Shown here piece by piece: positions 7,660 to 15,290 of a DNA stretch of 64,000 nucleotides. Origin of the DNA: a virus (lineage: Duplodnaviria > Caudoviricetes); IMG/VR virus record IMGVR_UViG_3300030708_002923, positions 9,022 to 73,021 of that record; one strand, 5' to 3'. Made by a program: the position numbers and the translations under genes. The notes under the pieces are model-generated. The model ran no database searches, was not told where the DNA came from, and was given only the letters and a program-made list of their open reading frames with translations. Numbering within the stretch: the first letter of the stretch is position 1; each line of letters starts with the position of its first letter.

Positions 7660-7979
7660 TGCCTAAGTATACAGCAGGACCATGGGAAGCGTCGGAAGGC
7701 TACCCCTCGGACATCTGGCACGTTGACATGCCGAGTCGAGGATATTCCGTCGTCGTATCCCGAGCAGAAGAAGATTGGGACGTGGCTGTCGAGGAAGTGC
7801 AGGCCAACGCACACCTGATCGCGGCGGCACCTGAGTTGCTGGATGCTTTGATCATCACACTCGATCTCGCCGTGGGTCACGCCTGTGACTCTCGGGGAAT
7901 CACACCAGCAGAGTGCGCAGACTGGGAGTGGGTGAAGCAGGCTCGCAAACTCATCGCGAAAGCGAAAGGAGGTGAGTGA
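7659..7979 (+). CDS. Conserved phage hypothetical protein (xGPW...ANAHLIAAAPELL family)
   Basis: Motif typical of a widespread phage family; ends GGE*. Confidence 0.8.
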   Translation: MPKYTAGPWEASEGYPSDIWHVDMPSRGYSVVVSRAEEDWDVAVEEVQANAHLIAAAPELLDALIITLDLAVGHACDSRGITPAECADWEWVKQARKLIAKAKGGE

Positions 7980-8005
7980 TGCCGAGAAGATGGCAAGGAA
8001 GGTGA
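7979..8005 (+). pseudogene. 8-codon mini-ORF MPRRWQGR, apparent remnant of the 5' end of gene 8186
   Basis: Coupled ATG after the motif; shares AGATGGCAAGGA with the start of 8186 (MGRWQG). Confidence 0.5.
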
Positions 8006-8009
8006 AGTA

Positions 8010-8186
8010 ATGGAAAACAATGAAGCAAACCGATTGAAGTTAGCCGAGGCCATTTGGGAAACGCTAAGTCTCGACGACTTACATGAGCAGTTCATCTTCC
8101 AAAGTCTCGAACGATACAAAACAGATCCCGACGCATTCGAGGAAGATTGTGCGGCCATGGATCTCGACAATGATGGAGGTGAGTGA
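8010..8186 (+). CDS. Small acidic protein, 58 aa (MENNEANRLKLAEAIWETLSL...DNDGGE); below the ORF-track cutoff
   Basis: GGAAGGTG RBS; ends GGE* coupled to the next ATG. Confidence 0.7.
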   Translation: MENNEANRLKLAEAIWETLSLDDLHEQFIFQSLERYKTDPDAFEEDCAAMDLDNDGGE

Positions 8187-8674
8187 TGGGTAGATGGCAA
8201 GGACCAGAACACCAATACTCAGAGGCTCGACGCGCCTACGAACAACGTGAAGAATATCGCTATGAGCGATGGAAGGAAAGGAATCCAGAATGTCATAAGT
8301 GCGGAGAGCGTGAGCACGAAGACAAGATGACCGACATGTATGGGGATGACTGGTGTACTCATTGTGTCAGTGAGCACGCATTCGAGTGTGACGTGTGCGG
8401 CAAGACACACGCTAACGAGTACCTGACCGACGTAGACTTAACGATGGGCGAGTACGTATGCGACGAGTGCGACGAGAAGTGTGCAGCCGACAAGACGCGC
8501 CATCATGCTCCAGTAGAGATCCCGATCGGTCACATGGAATATGTACTATGGACTATGGAGAACGCTGCGAAGGACGAACCATATGAAGGTACTCAACCGG
8601 GCAACGCAAAGAAATGGTTGAGAGAAAGCATTGACCGGATCAAACAATCAATGCCCAAAGAGGACGGTGAGTGA
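8186..8674 (+). CDS. Multi-CxxC zinc-finger hypothetical protein
   Basis: CHKC, CTHC, CDVC, CDEC. Confidence 0.75.
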   Translation: MGRWQGPEHQYSEARRAYEQREEYRYERWKERNPECHKCGEREHEDKMTDMYGDDWCTHCVSEHAFECDVCGKTHANEYLTDVDLTMGEYVCDECDEKCAADKTRHHAPVEIPIGHMEYVLWTMENAAKDEPYEGTQPGNAKKWLRESIDRIKQSMPKEDGE

Positions 8675-8892
8675 TGCAACGGTTCGATGAAGTGATGGTC
8701 CGGCGAAGTGTCGGGTGGGGCTCCGGTTGGGAGTATGAATACGGCTACGTAAAGTTTCTATACTCAGAGACGCCTTGGGTGAGGGTGAGAGTTTTCAAGA
8801 GCAAGCGTTTTGGACCCTCATCTTCGACGTTCCATGTCGATAGTGTATTTCCTATCTACGGTCCTATTCAAGCGCATGCAGGAGGTGAGTGA
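8674..8892 (+). CDS. Hypothetical protein
   Basis: Coupled start and stop motifs. Confidence 0.65.
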   Translation: MQRFDEVMVRRSVGWGSGWEYEYGYVKFLYSETPWVRVRVFKSKRFGPSSSTFHVDSVFPIYGPIQAHAGGE

Positions 8893-9380
8893 TGAACATA
8901 TTCGTTTTACACCCTATGCCTGACTTGGCTGCGCGTATGCAGTGTGACCGGCATGTAGTCAAGATGACCCTTGAGACTGCACAGATGCTCTCTACGGCCA
9001 TCAATGAGTTGGGTGGGCAGGCATCCTACAAGTCTGCCCACGTCAACCATCCGTGCTCTGTGTGGGCACGGGAAACGCTCGGCAACTTCGTATGGTTGTG
9101 GGAGCACGGAATCAACCTCGCCCAAGAGTACACCGCAAGGTACGGGAAGGTACACAAGTCGGAAGTAGTCATCCGTGACTGCTACCACACAATGATGCAA
9201 CGTCAGCTACTCAAGAGCCGAAGGCTGACACCACACCCACTGTGTATGCCTGACGAGTACAAAACAGACTGTGTGTATGAATCGTATCGAAACTTCTACA
9301 TAGGTGAGAAGTCACGATTCGCACGATGGAACAAAACAACTGAGTCACCGTCATGGTGGCCGCAACAAACAAGGACATGA
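8892..9380 (+). CDS. Pyrimidine-dimer DNA glycosylase / DenV-like protein
   Basis: MNIFVL...CDRHVVKMTLETAQMLS, YKSAHVNHPCSVWAR, EYTARYGKVHKS motifs. Confidence 0.8.
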   Translation: MNIFVLHPMPDLAARMQCDRHVVKMTLETAQMLSTAINELGGQASYKSAHVNHPCSVWARETLGNFVWLWEHGINLAQEYTARYGKVHKSEVVIRDCYHTMMQRQLLKSRRLTPHPLCMPDEYKTDCVYESYRNFYIGEKSRFARWNKTTESPSWWPQQTRT

Positions 9381-9383
9381 GTG

Positions 9384-9644
9384 ATGATTATCTATGTACT
9401 GGACGACGGAGAGACGTGGACCCTGAGTGAGCCCACGGCGGTAACGATCACGGATGAGCAACTGACGCGCATTGAAGGCGGTGAGAAGTTGTACCACGTC
9501 GTACCCGATTGGGATGAGCAACAGGGTGACGATGCCGATGACTTTTTCATTCGGGCTGGCATCGCTGCCCGAGAAGCACTGAAGGAAATCAAGAGAGACT
9601 ACACAAACAGCATCGTAGATGCTCAGAACCAGGGAGATGAGTAA
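9384..9644 (+). CDS. Hypothetical protein
   Basis: Degenerate coupling motif. Confidence 0.65.
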   Translation: MIIYVLDDGETWTLSEPTAVTITDEQLTRIEGGEKLYHVVPDWDEQQGDDADDFFIRAGIAAREALKEIKRDYTNSIVDAQNQGDE

Positions 9645-10015
9645 TGCCCTATAAATATGTATGGCCAGAGGAAGCATTCGAGGTACGCATCCAGTGTACT
9701 GAGGAACAAATACAACAGCATTGTGATGCGGCGCCTGAGAACGACCGTCGAGACTTCGATGATCGTGGTGGGCTTCAGATACCGGTGTACCATGTATACA
9801 AAAACGATTCGATTGATGAGCGTTTGACTTATTGGTATACGCTCGACAAAAACGAGTGCGATACCTACGAGTTTGATGTTCGCGATATTCCGACATGGTG
9901 GAACTGTTCTTCAGAAAGTCCAGAGAATCATCAAGACTGCATCCAAGAAGCATTGAACGATGGCGTCATTGAGTTTGATGGATTGCTACTGAAGATACAC
10001 AAGATGGCTGAGTGA
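9644..10015 (+). CDS. Hypothetical acidic protein (123 aa)
   Basis: TAATG coupling. Confidence 0.7.
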   Translation: MPYKYVWPEEAFEVRIQCTEEQIQQHCDAAPENDRRDFDDRGGLQIPVYHVYKNDSIDERLTYWYTLDKNECDTYEFDVRDIPTWWNCSSESPENHQDCIQEALNDGVIEFDGLLLKIHKMAE

Positions 10016-10091
10016 TCCCCATGTCGGACCTATTGTCCTGGCTCCGTACTCTCTAATGAGGCACTATCGCTTCACCAACACAGGAACCCAA

Positions 10092-10316
10092 ATGACTGAC
10101 GATGAACGAATAGCACTGATCAACGACACAACAACCAGTGACTCTCTAAACTACGCGCTGATACGGGCCGAACGAAACTCACTAGACCACAGCGCGACAA
10201 TCTACGACAACTACCCTGTCGGTGCCACCAACATCACAGCCACCGACTGGCAACGCCACTGGACTGAGTCTGATGAAATGTTCGATATGATGTGGAACGG
10301 TACAACGAACACTTAA
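10092..10316 (+). CDS. Hypothetical protein
   Basis: ACACAGGA RBS before ATG 10092 (alternative start 10056). Confidence 0.55.
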   Translation: MTDDERIALINDTTTSDSLNYALIRAERNSLDHSATIYDNYPVGATNITATDWQRHWTESDEMFDMMWNGTTNT

Positions 10317-10506
10317 CAACATTCAACCGAGTGACGTCGAGGACGCTCCACAACACTCATCGCGAGGTGCATCATGTTCTAAGTCATAGTGCCGGTAAGG
10401 GTGAGGGGCCTGGATTACTCACCCAAGTAGACCTTTTATTGTGACCCATGTCCAAACGGAACCAAGCGCCGGTTCTGTCCACCGAGCCTACAACACAGGA
10501 GTATGT

Positions 10507-10719
10507 ATGACTCGCTTACCAAACAGATCAGCCTTTCCAAGTTTCGACTTGGCCCTTGGCCCGCACGACCCCTCCAAACTTCAGCACCGTCACCCGTTTA
10601 CAGAGTGGGTGAAGCCGGTGCCAGAGACAATCCCCCCAATGAATGAACCACAACAAAGTGAATGGATTCGCCTGAACGATAGCGTGGTTCGCAGAGCAAA
10701 CACAGGAGAGCAAAAATGA
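10507..10719 (+). CDS. Hypothetical protein
   Basis: ACACAGGAG RBS; ATGA overlap with the next gene. Confidence 0.55.
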   Translation: MTRLPNRSAFPSFDLALGPHDPSKLQHRHPFTEWVKPVPETIPPMNEPQQSEWIRLNDSVVRRANTGEQK

Positions 10720-10916
10720 CTGAGCAAGAAATCAAACAACTAAAGAGCATGCGGAGACTATTAGAGCAGTGGTCTAAACCACAACCCACGGTTGCGATCG
10801 GCAACGCAGAGAACGTTCAATCGTTCCCTGAAGAATCTCGTATTGCGTTTCAGCAGCAGCTTGAAGCAATCAACAAGGTTCTCGAAAGGGCAGAGGCAGA
10901 GGACAGCCAAGCATGA
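10716..10916 (+). CDS. Hypothetical protein (66 aa)
   Basis: ACAGGAG RBS. Confidence 0.7.
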   Translation: MTEQEIKQLKSMRRLLEQWSKPQPTVAIGNAENVQSFPEESRIAFQQQLEAINKVLERAEAEDSQA

Positions 10917-11125
10917 CACCAAGCAAAGAGACACCCATTGGAACACCACTGAAGTCTACCGTGAAGGGATGGGGTAAAGGTCCATTCGTTTACATGGGCA
11001 ACGGCAGAGGCGGACAGACAATCATAGTCGCAACGAAGAAGGATGGATTGCAGCAAGCGCGCGCATCTGACTTCTCCATCGATTCGATTGCCGCCAAAGC
11101 CATTGGTGACTTTATTATCAAGTAG
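10913..11125 (+). CDS. Hypothetical protein (70 aa)
   Basis: ATGA coupling. Confidence 0.6.
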   Translation: MTPSKETPIGTPLKSTVKGWGKGPFVYMGNGRGGQTIIVATKKDGLQQARASDFSIDSIAAKAIGDFIIK

Positions 11126-11128
11126 CGG

Positions 11129-11157
11129 TTGACTATGGCTTTACTTGCCTGTAAGGT
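11129..11157 (+). promoter_or_regulatory. sigma70-type promoter
   Basis: TTGACT, 17 bp, TAAGGT. Confidence 0.55.
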
Positions 11158-11192
11158 CATACCTACCCTACCTCAACACACTGGAGCAGAAG

Positions 11193-11492
11193 ATGAACAA
11201 AGCAGAGCAGTTTAGATTACCGGTGAGCCCGCGCAACATTTCAGTTGAGTTGGTTCGAGAGGTTGAAGACGAAGATACAGGCGAGGTTGTCGCGGAACAC
11301 ATCATCGAGGTATTTGGTCGGTTCCTTCCTGCGGAGCCCAATGTGGGTCTTGGTCCCCACATTGAGGTTCTGTCAGCGCACCGACAAGACAGGGACGTTC
11401 GCGTTCCTGTAGAGTTAGAAGATTGGGAGGTTGACACGTTGCTCGACCTTTATCAAGAGCAGTTGCGGACAGAACTTGACCGTGACATTTGA
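11193..11492 (+). CDS. Hypothetical acidic protein (99 aa)
   Basis: CTGGAG RBS before ATG 11193. Confidence 0.7.
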   Translation: MNKAEQFRLPVSPRNISVELVREVEDEDTGEVVAEHIIEVFGRFLPAEPNVGLGPHIEVLSAHRQDRDVRVPVELEDWEVDTLLDLYQEQLRTELDRDI

Positions 11493-11529
11493 TTTTTTAT
11501 GGCATACTTGACGAACACAGGAGAACAAA

Positions 11530-11817
11530 ATGAGCACCAATCAATGTAATAAATGCTACAACCCCATCGGAAACAACATCACAGCCCTTCACAACATTCA
11601 AGTGATGAAGGCCGTCATGCAAGATTCGATGGTGCGTGCGGACGAGGCCGAGGACAGCGCGCATAAGGTGATGATTCTGGAATCAACAATCAACCACATT
11701 TTAGAAAACATCGAGAGAGATTTTGGTGAAGCGTGGTCGATTCATAAACAACAAATGAAGGAGTTGATGGAGTCTCTGAGAGATCAGGGAATCATCAGCG
11801 ATGTAGGAGGTGAGTGA
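11530..11817 (+). CDS. Hypothetical protein (95 aa)
   Basis: ACAGGAG RBS; ends GGE*. Confidence 0.7.
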   Translation: MSTNQCNKCYNPIGNNITALHNIQVMKAVMQDSMVRADEAEDSAHKVMILESTINHILENIERDFGEAWSIHKQQMKELMESLRDQGIISDVGGE

Positions 11818-12221
11818 TGTTTGTTTTCAACGATGGTGGTAGAGCAGACGCAGGATTCAAGGGGACGACCGGAGATTGTGCCGTTCGCGCCATGGCGATT
11901 GCTCTTGATCTTTCCTACGCTGACGTGTACCGCGAGTTGGCCCAAGCCAACAAAGACGCAGGCCGCAAGAAGTCAGTGAGGCGAGGCGTGATGAAAGAGG
12001 TATACAGCACGGTACTTTCAAAGTACGGATGGGAGTGGCGCTCTGCACCGAAGTTCGACGGACGCAAGGCACGGTATAATGACCTACCCAATGGCAAGTG
12101 TATCGCTCGCATGGCGGGTCACTACGCAGCGGTCATCGACGGTAATCTACACGACTCGTGGAACTCTGGACGCAAGATGGTGTACGGCTACTGGGTCAAG
12201 GCAACCGAAGGAGGTGAGTGA
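11817..12221 (+). CDS. Conserved phage protein with a papain-like Cys/His/Asp signature
   Basis: GDCAVRAMAIA...GHYAAVIDG..HDSW...VYGYW. Confidence 0.7.
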   Translation: MFVFNDGGRADAGFKGTTGDCAVRAMAIALDLSYADVYRELAQANKDAGRKKSVRRGVMKEVYSTVLSKYGWEWRSAPKFDGRKARYNDLPNGKCIARMAGHYAAVIDGNLHDSWNSGRKMVYGYWVKATEGGE

Positions 12222-12230
12222 CAATCACAC

Positions 12231-12259
12231 TTGACACACTTGGACCAACCAAGTAATGT
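12231..12259 (+). promoter_or_regulatory. sigma70-type promoter
   Basis: TTGACA, 17 bp, TAATGT, preceded by CAC. Confidence 0.7.
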
Positions 12260-12283
12260 ACTCAAACCATACAGGAGAATGTA

Positions 12284-12568
12284 ATGAGTAACAACGTTAC
12301 GAAACTTAGAAAGCGTAAAGCAAACCAGAAAAGAGAATGGTCATGGCCGTCATTCATATCGGCATGGCAAGAGTCAGAGTCATACGAAGATGTATTAGAG
12401 CAGCTTGGCTTTGAAGATACACCACAAGAGCGCAGCTTCATTGGTGGCAAGGCTTCATACGCAAGAAAAAAGGGCGTGCCCTTGAAAAAGTTCAAGCGTA
12501 AGCGCAGAGGATCTAAAATCGATTGGAACGGACTTGCGGACTTAGCAAAGTCAAAGAGTGAATCGTGA
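12284..12568 (+). CDS. Basic hypothetical protein, possibly DNA-binding
   Basis: ACAGGAG RBS; Lys/Arg-rich. Confidence 0.7.
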   Translation: MSNNVTKLRKRKANQKREWSWPSFISAWQESESYEDVLEQLGFEDTPQERSFIGGKASYARKKGVPLKKFKRKRRGSKIDWNGLADLAKSKSES

Positions 12569-12691
12569 TTGAATATACAGAGGTCCTCTCTTTTATAAGA
12601 AACGCAAACCACATATTTTGGGCCGTGAGCCTTAATAGAGCGATTGGCAAACTTAACAATCGTTGGTACACAAATCGATTGGAGGTAGTAA

Positions 12692-13195
12692 ATGTCAAAC
12701 ATTGAAGACGCAGAGGGGTCATACAAAGTCTTCCTGGCGATCAAAAGCGATTCAGACCTGAATGAAAAGTTTCGCTGCACTCGTGACGGAGTCATGTACT
12801 ACAGCGGCAAAAAGATGACAGAACCTGACTTCTCACAAGTGTCAGTCTACTTGGCACAAAAGTGGAAAGTAGTGTGCTCGAAGGAAGAGTTGAAGTCTGG
12901 CATCATGGCAGCGTCTAAGCGCATCGAGCCTCAACTTATCTACGGAACAAACTTGGCCGAAGACTTCAGACTGAAGGTCAAAGAGTTCTTAGAGCACAAC
13001 CCGCCATCGTGCCACAGGTATGACATTACAACTGATGTAGTGGCTGAGTACGTTGATCCTGATGGATGGCAAGAGCAGAGGCGACTGACAGAAATGAAAG
13101 TAGCAAAAGCCCTAAAAGAGCAAGGGCTTCAAAAAGTGCGGGTAACGCACAAGGGAGAAAGAAAAATGCGTTGGTTCCCGATCACGGGATCGTAA
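12692..13195 (+). CDS. ATPase-less paralogue of the VapE-like helicase (N-domain plus C-terminal wHTH-like domain)
   Basis: Both halves align by eye with the N- and C-terminal parts of 15283..16617; no Walker A; GGAGG RBS. Confidence 0.7.
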   Translation: MSNIEDAEGSYKVFLAIKSDSDLNEKFRCTRDGVMYYSGKKMTEPDFSQVSVYLAQKWKVVCSKEELKSGIMAASKRIEPQLIYGTNLAEDFRLKVKEFLEHNPPSCHRYDITTDVVAEYVDPDGWQEQRRLTEMKVAKALKEQGLQKVRVTHKGERKMRWFPITGS

Positions 13196-13218
13196 TCATA
13201 AACAAACAGGAGAGTGCT

Positions 13219-13713
13219 GTGGAACTCACATCACAAGAAATAATCGCCCTTACGAAGGCGTTCAACACGAAAGCAGTCTCGATTGCAAAACGGGACATCG
13301 ACAACAACTCTGAGATTGACGTGAACCTTATCGTCAAGATCGCTGGTAAACTCAAGCGAGGCCAAGAGTCTAAGCCAGTCAAAGCTACCTCCACAATCCC
13401 GTGGAAAGTGGCCCTGGCTCTCTTTGCCAAGCGCTCTGGGTTCACCCGTGAGCAAACTGCAAAGGTGCTGCTTGAGGCGGTTACCTTCGCACTCGAAACC
13501 AACTCCGACAAGAAGACTGAACTTCTTGAAGAAATGGGAGTTGGGGATGCCCTGGCCATGCTGGACCGAGAGGTCTTTGACAAGCTGCCCAAGAAGACCC
13601 GTGATGGAAACATCACCTTCGAGGTGGCAATGGTCGAGGCTGTTCGAGAGCCAATGTTGGTGGCTGACCAAGACACTTTAACCCTTGGGGAAGGGGAAGA
13701 GGTGGCGAAGTAA
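13219..13713 (+). CDS. Hypothetical protein (164 aa)
   Basis: ACAGGAG RBS then GTG 13219. Confidence 0.75.
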   Translation: MELTSQEIIALTKAFNTKAVSIAKRDIDNNSEIDVNLIVKIAGKLKRGQESKPVKATSTIPWKVALALFAKRSGFTREQTAKVLLEAVTFALETNSDKKTELLEEMGVGDALAMLDREVFDKLPKKTRDGNITFEVAMVEAVREPMLVADQDTLTLGEGEEVAK

Positions 13714-13719
13714 GTCGCC

Positions 13720-13756
13720 GGGGTCACCGTTTCAGCGGGGCGGTGACCCCACTTTT
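13720..13756 (+). terminator. Intrinsic terminator-like hairpin
   Basis: GGGGTCACCG/CGGTGACCCC 10-bp stem followed by ACTTTT. Confidence 0.65.
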
Positions 13757-13760
13757 CATT

Positions 13761-14099
13761 ATGGAAAAATCAGATCAAATCGAAGATTACGAACGTATCG
13801 ACACATTCCAACTTGTGTTTCAGATGACTCAATCAATGGGTGGACTACAGAAAGGTAAGCACTCAAAGATGGCCTACATCTACGGCACAAGCCGTTCCCG
13901 GCTACGCAGCATCCTAAACCGTGAGGCAAAGGCACCAACACTGGATACCGTTGTTTCATGGATGCACAGAGTGTACCGGCTGACCGGAATGAAGGTCGTG
14001 CTGACCATCACACCTGATCTTAAAATGCACTACAGCATCTTGAGTCAGAACCAAGAACGTATCGACGGAATGATCGTTCCCCCGAAAAACAGTTTGTAG
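13761..14099 (+). CDS. HTH DNA-binding protein
   Basis: MAYIYGTSRSRLRSILNREAKAPTLDTV resembles an XRE-type HTH; weak RBS. Confidence 0.55.
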   Translation: MEKSDQIEDYERIDTFQLVFQMTQSMGGLQKGKHSKMAYIYGTSRSRLRSILNREAKAPTLDTVVSWMHRVYRLTGMKVVLTITPDLKMHYSILSQNQERIDGMIVPPKNSL

Positions 14100-14131
14100 A
14101 AAGTCATACGACCGACTACAGCACAATGCCC

Positions 14132-14217
14132 TTTGGGGATTGATCCCCCCAAAAGTGGGGCTCCTGACTGAGCCCACCGGGTATCCGGTGGCGCTCTTTC
14201 GGGCTCCCCGTCAGGAG
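14132..14217 (+). promoter_or_regulatory. Structured leader that sequesters the primase SD
   Basis: CTCCTGAC 14161-14168 pairs with GTCAGGAG 14210-14217; GAGCCC/GGGCTC and ACCGG/CCGGT nested inside. Confidence 0.5.
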
Positions 14218-14222
14218 TTACC

Positions 14223-15290
14223 ATGTGGATACAAAGCGCTAAAAACGCACGCATTACTACCGTCGCGTCCGACCTTGAATACAGTCGAGGCAACGGTCAA
14301 TCCATCTTTCCATGCCCATCGTGCGGCATGCTTGAAAGGGGATCAAACGATAAAAAGCGTGGCCCTATCGGATTTGGTCGAAGTGAAATGGCCTGGACTT
14401 GCTACAAATGTGGAGCAAAGGGCGACGTAGTAGACTTTGTATCCCAACACTTTTTTCAACAACCGTTGAGAAATCTGGACAAAAATCAACGCTCTGTTGT
14501 TCGCGATTGGTTTGCCGAGCAAGGCTACTGCACGCCATCGGGAGTTCCAGCACACGTGCAACCAGACCCAAGCAAAAGGCCGGTTGTTACGCCCGCACCG
14601 ACTCAAGGGTACGTAAGACCTCCGCAACAAGAACTGAACGATCTTTGGCAACACACTACGACCATAGAATCTGCACTTGAACAGCCAGCAAGCTTTGCGG
14701 AGCAACTGAGCAAGTGGATGATCAATAGAAGATTTTCACCAAAGGTTTTGGACAGCACATCATGTGTTCGCGTTCTACCTCTTCCCAATGAATACAAATA
14801 TCCTGAATGGTTTCCGCATCAGTGGGGCGGCATCTATCGAGTAGCAGCACCGTGTTTTGAGCCTGATGGTACATTCGCCAGTATTCATTGCCGCAGCGTA
14901 TCATACGCAAAGGGTCGCCAGCCTGCTGGATCAAAGACAAGATGGCCAACCGGGTACGAAGCCGGTGGATTGTTGATGGCAAACACATATGCTCAACAGA
15001 TCATGCGTCAACACCTGAACGATTCAATTCAAGGGTTTTTGATTTGCGAAGGTATCACCGACTTTATGAGAGCATGTGAGCAAGCGCACCGTGAAGATTT
15101 GAGGCTCGCTATCGTTGCCGGAACATCGGGTAGCTACAAGTCCCTTGCTAAGATTCCAATACCCCCTAAAATGAAAATATATATCGCTACTGATTCAGAC
15201 GACTCTGGTGATGATTACGCATCAATCATCTGCGATCAGCTTCCCCAACACACCCTATACAGAGTACCCCTGGAGTTAAACGATGGCTGA
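14223..15290 (+). CDS. DNA primase (Zn-binding domain plus TOPRIM)
   Basis: CPSCG...CYKCGAKGDVVDFV; LICEGITD and IATDSDDSG TOPRIM motifs. Confidence 0.85.
   Translation: MWIQSAKNARITTVASDLEYSRGNGQSIFPCPSCGMLERGSNDKKRGPIGFGRSEMAWTCYKCGAKGDVVDFVSQHFFQQPLRNLDKNQRSVVRDWFAEQGYCTPSGVPAHVQPDPSKRPVVTPAPTQGYVRPPQQELNDLWQHTTTIESALEQPASFAEQLSKWMINRRFSPKVLDSTSCVRVLPLPNEYKYPEWFPHQWGGIYRVAAPCFEPDGTFASIHCRSVSYAKGRQPAGSKTRWPTGYEAGGLLMANTYAQQIMRQHLNDSIQGFLICEGITDFMRACEQAHREDLRLAIVAGTSGSYKSLAKIPIPPKMKIYIATDSDDSGDDYASIICDQLPQHTLYRVPLELNDG

Larger units (their letters stand above)
5378..12221 (+). promoter_or_regulatory. Repeated perfect Shine-Dalgarno plus overlapping stop/start motif (A)GGAGGTGAGT(G/A)ATG
   Basis: Copies at 5378, 5587, 7366, 7647, 7967, 8174, 8880, 11805, 12209; degenerate copies at 8661, 9372, 9632; upstream proteins end in GGE*. 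Confidence 0.9.
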
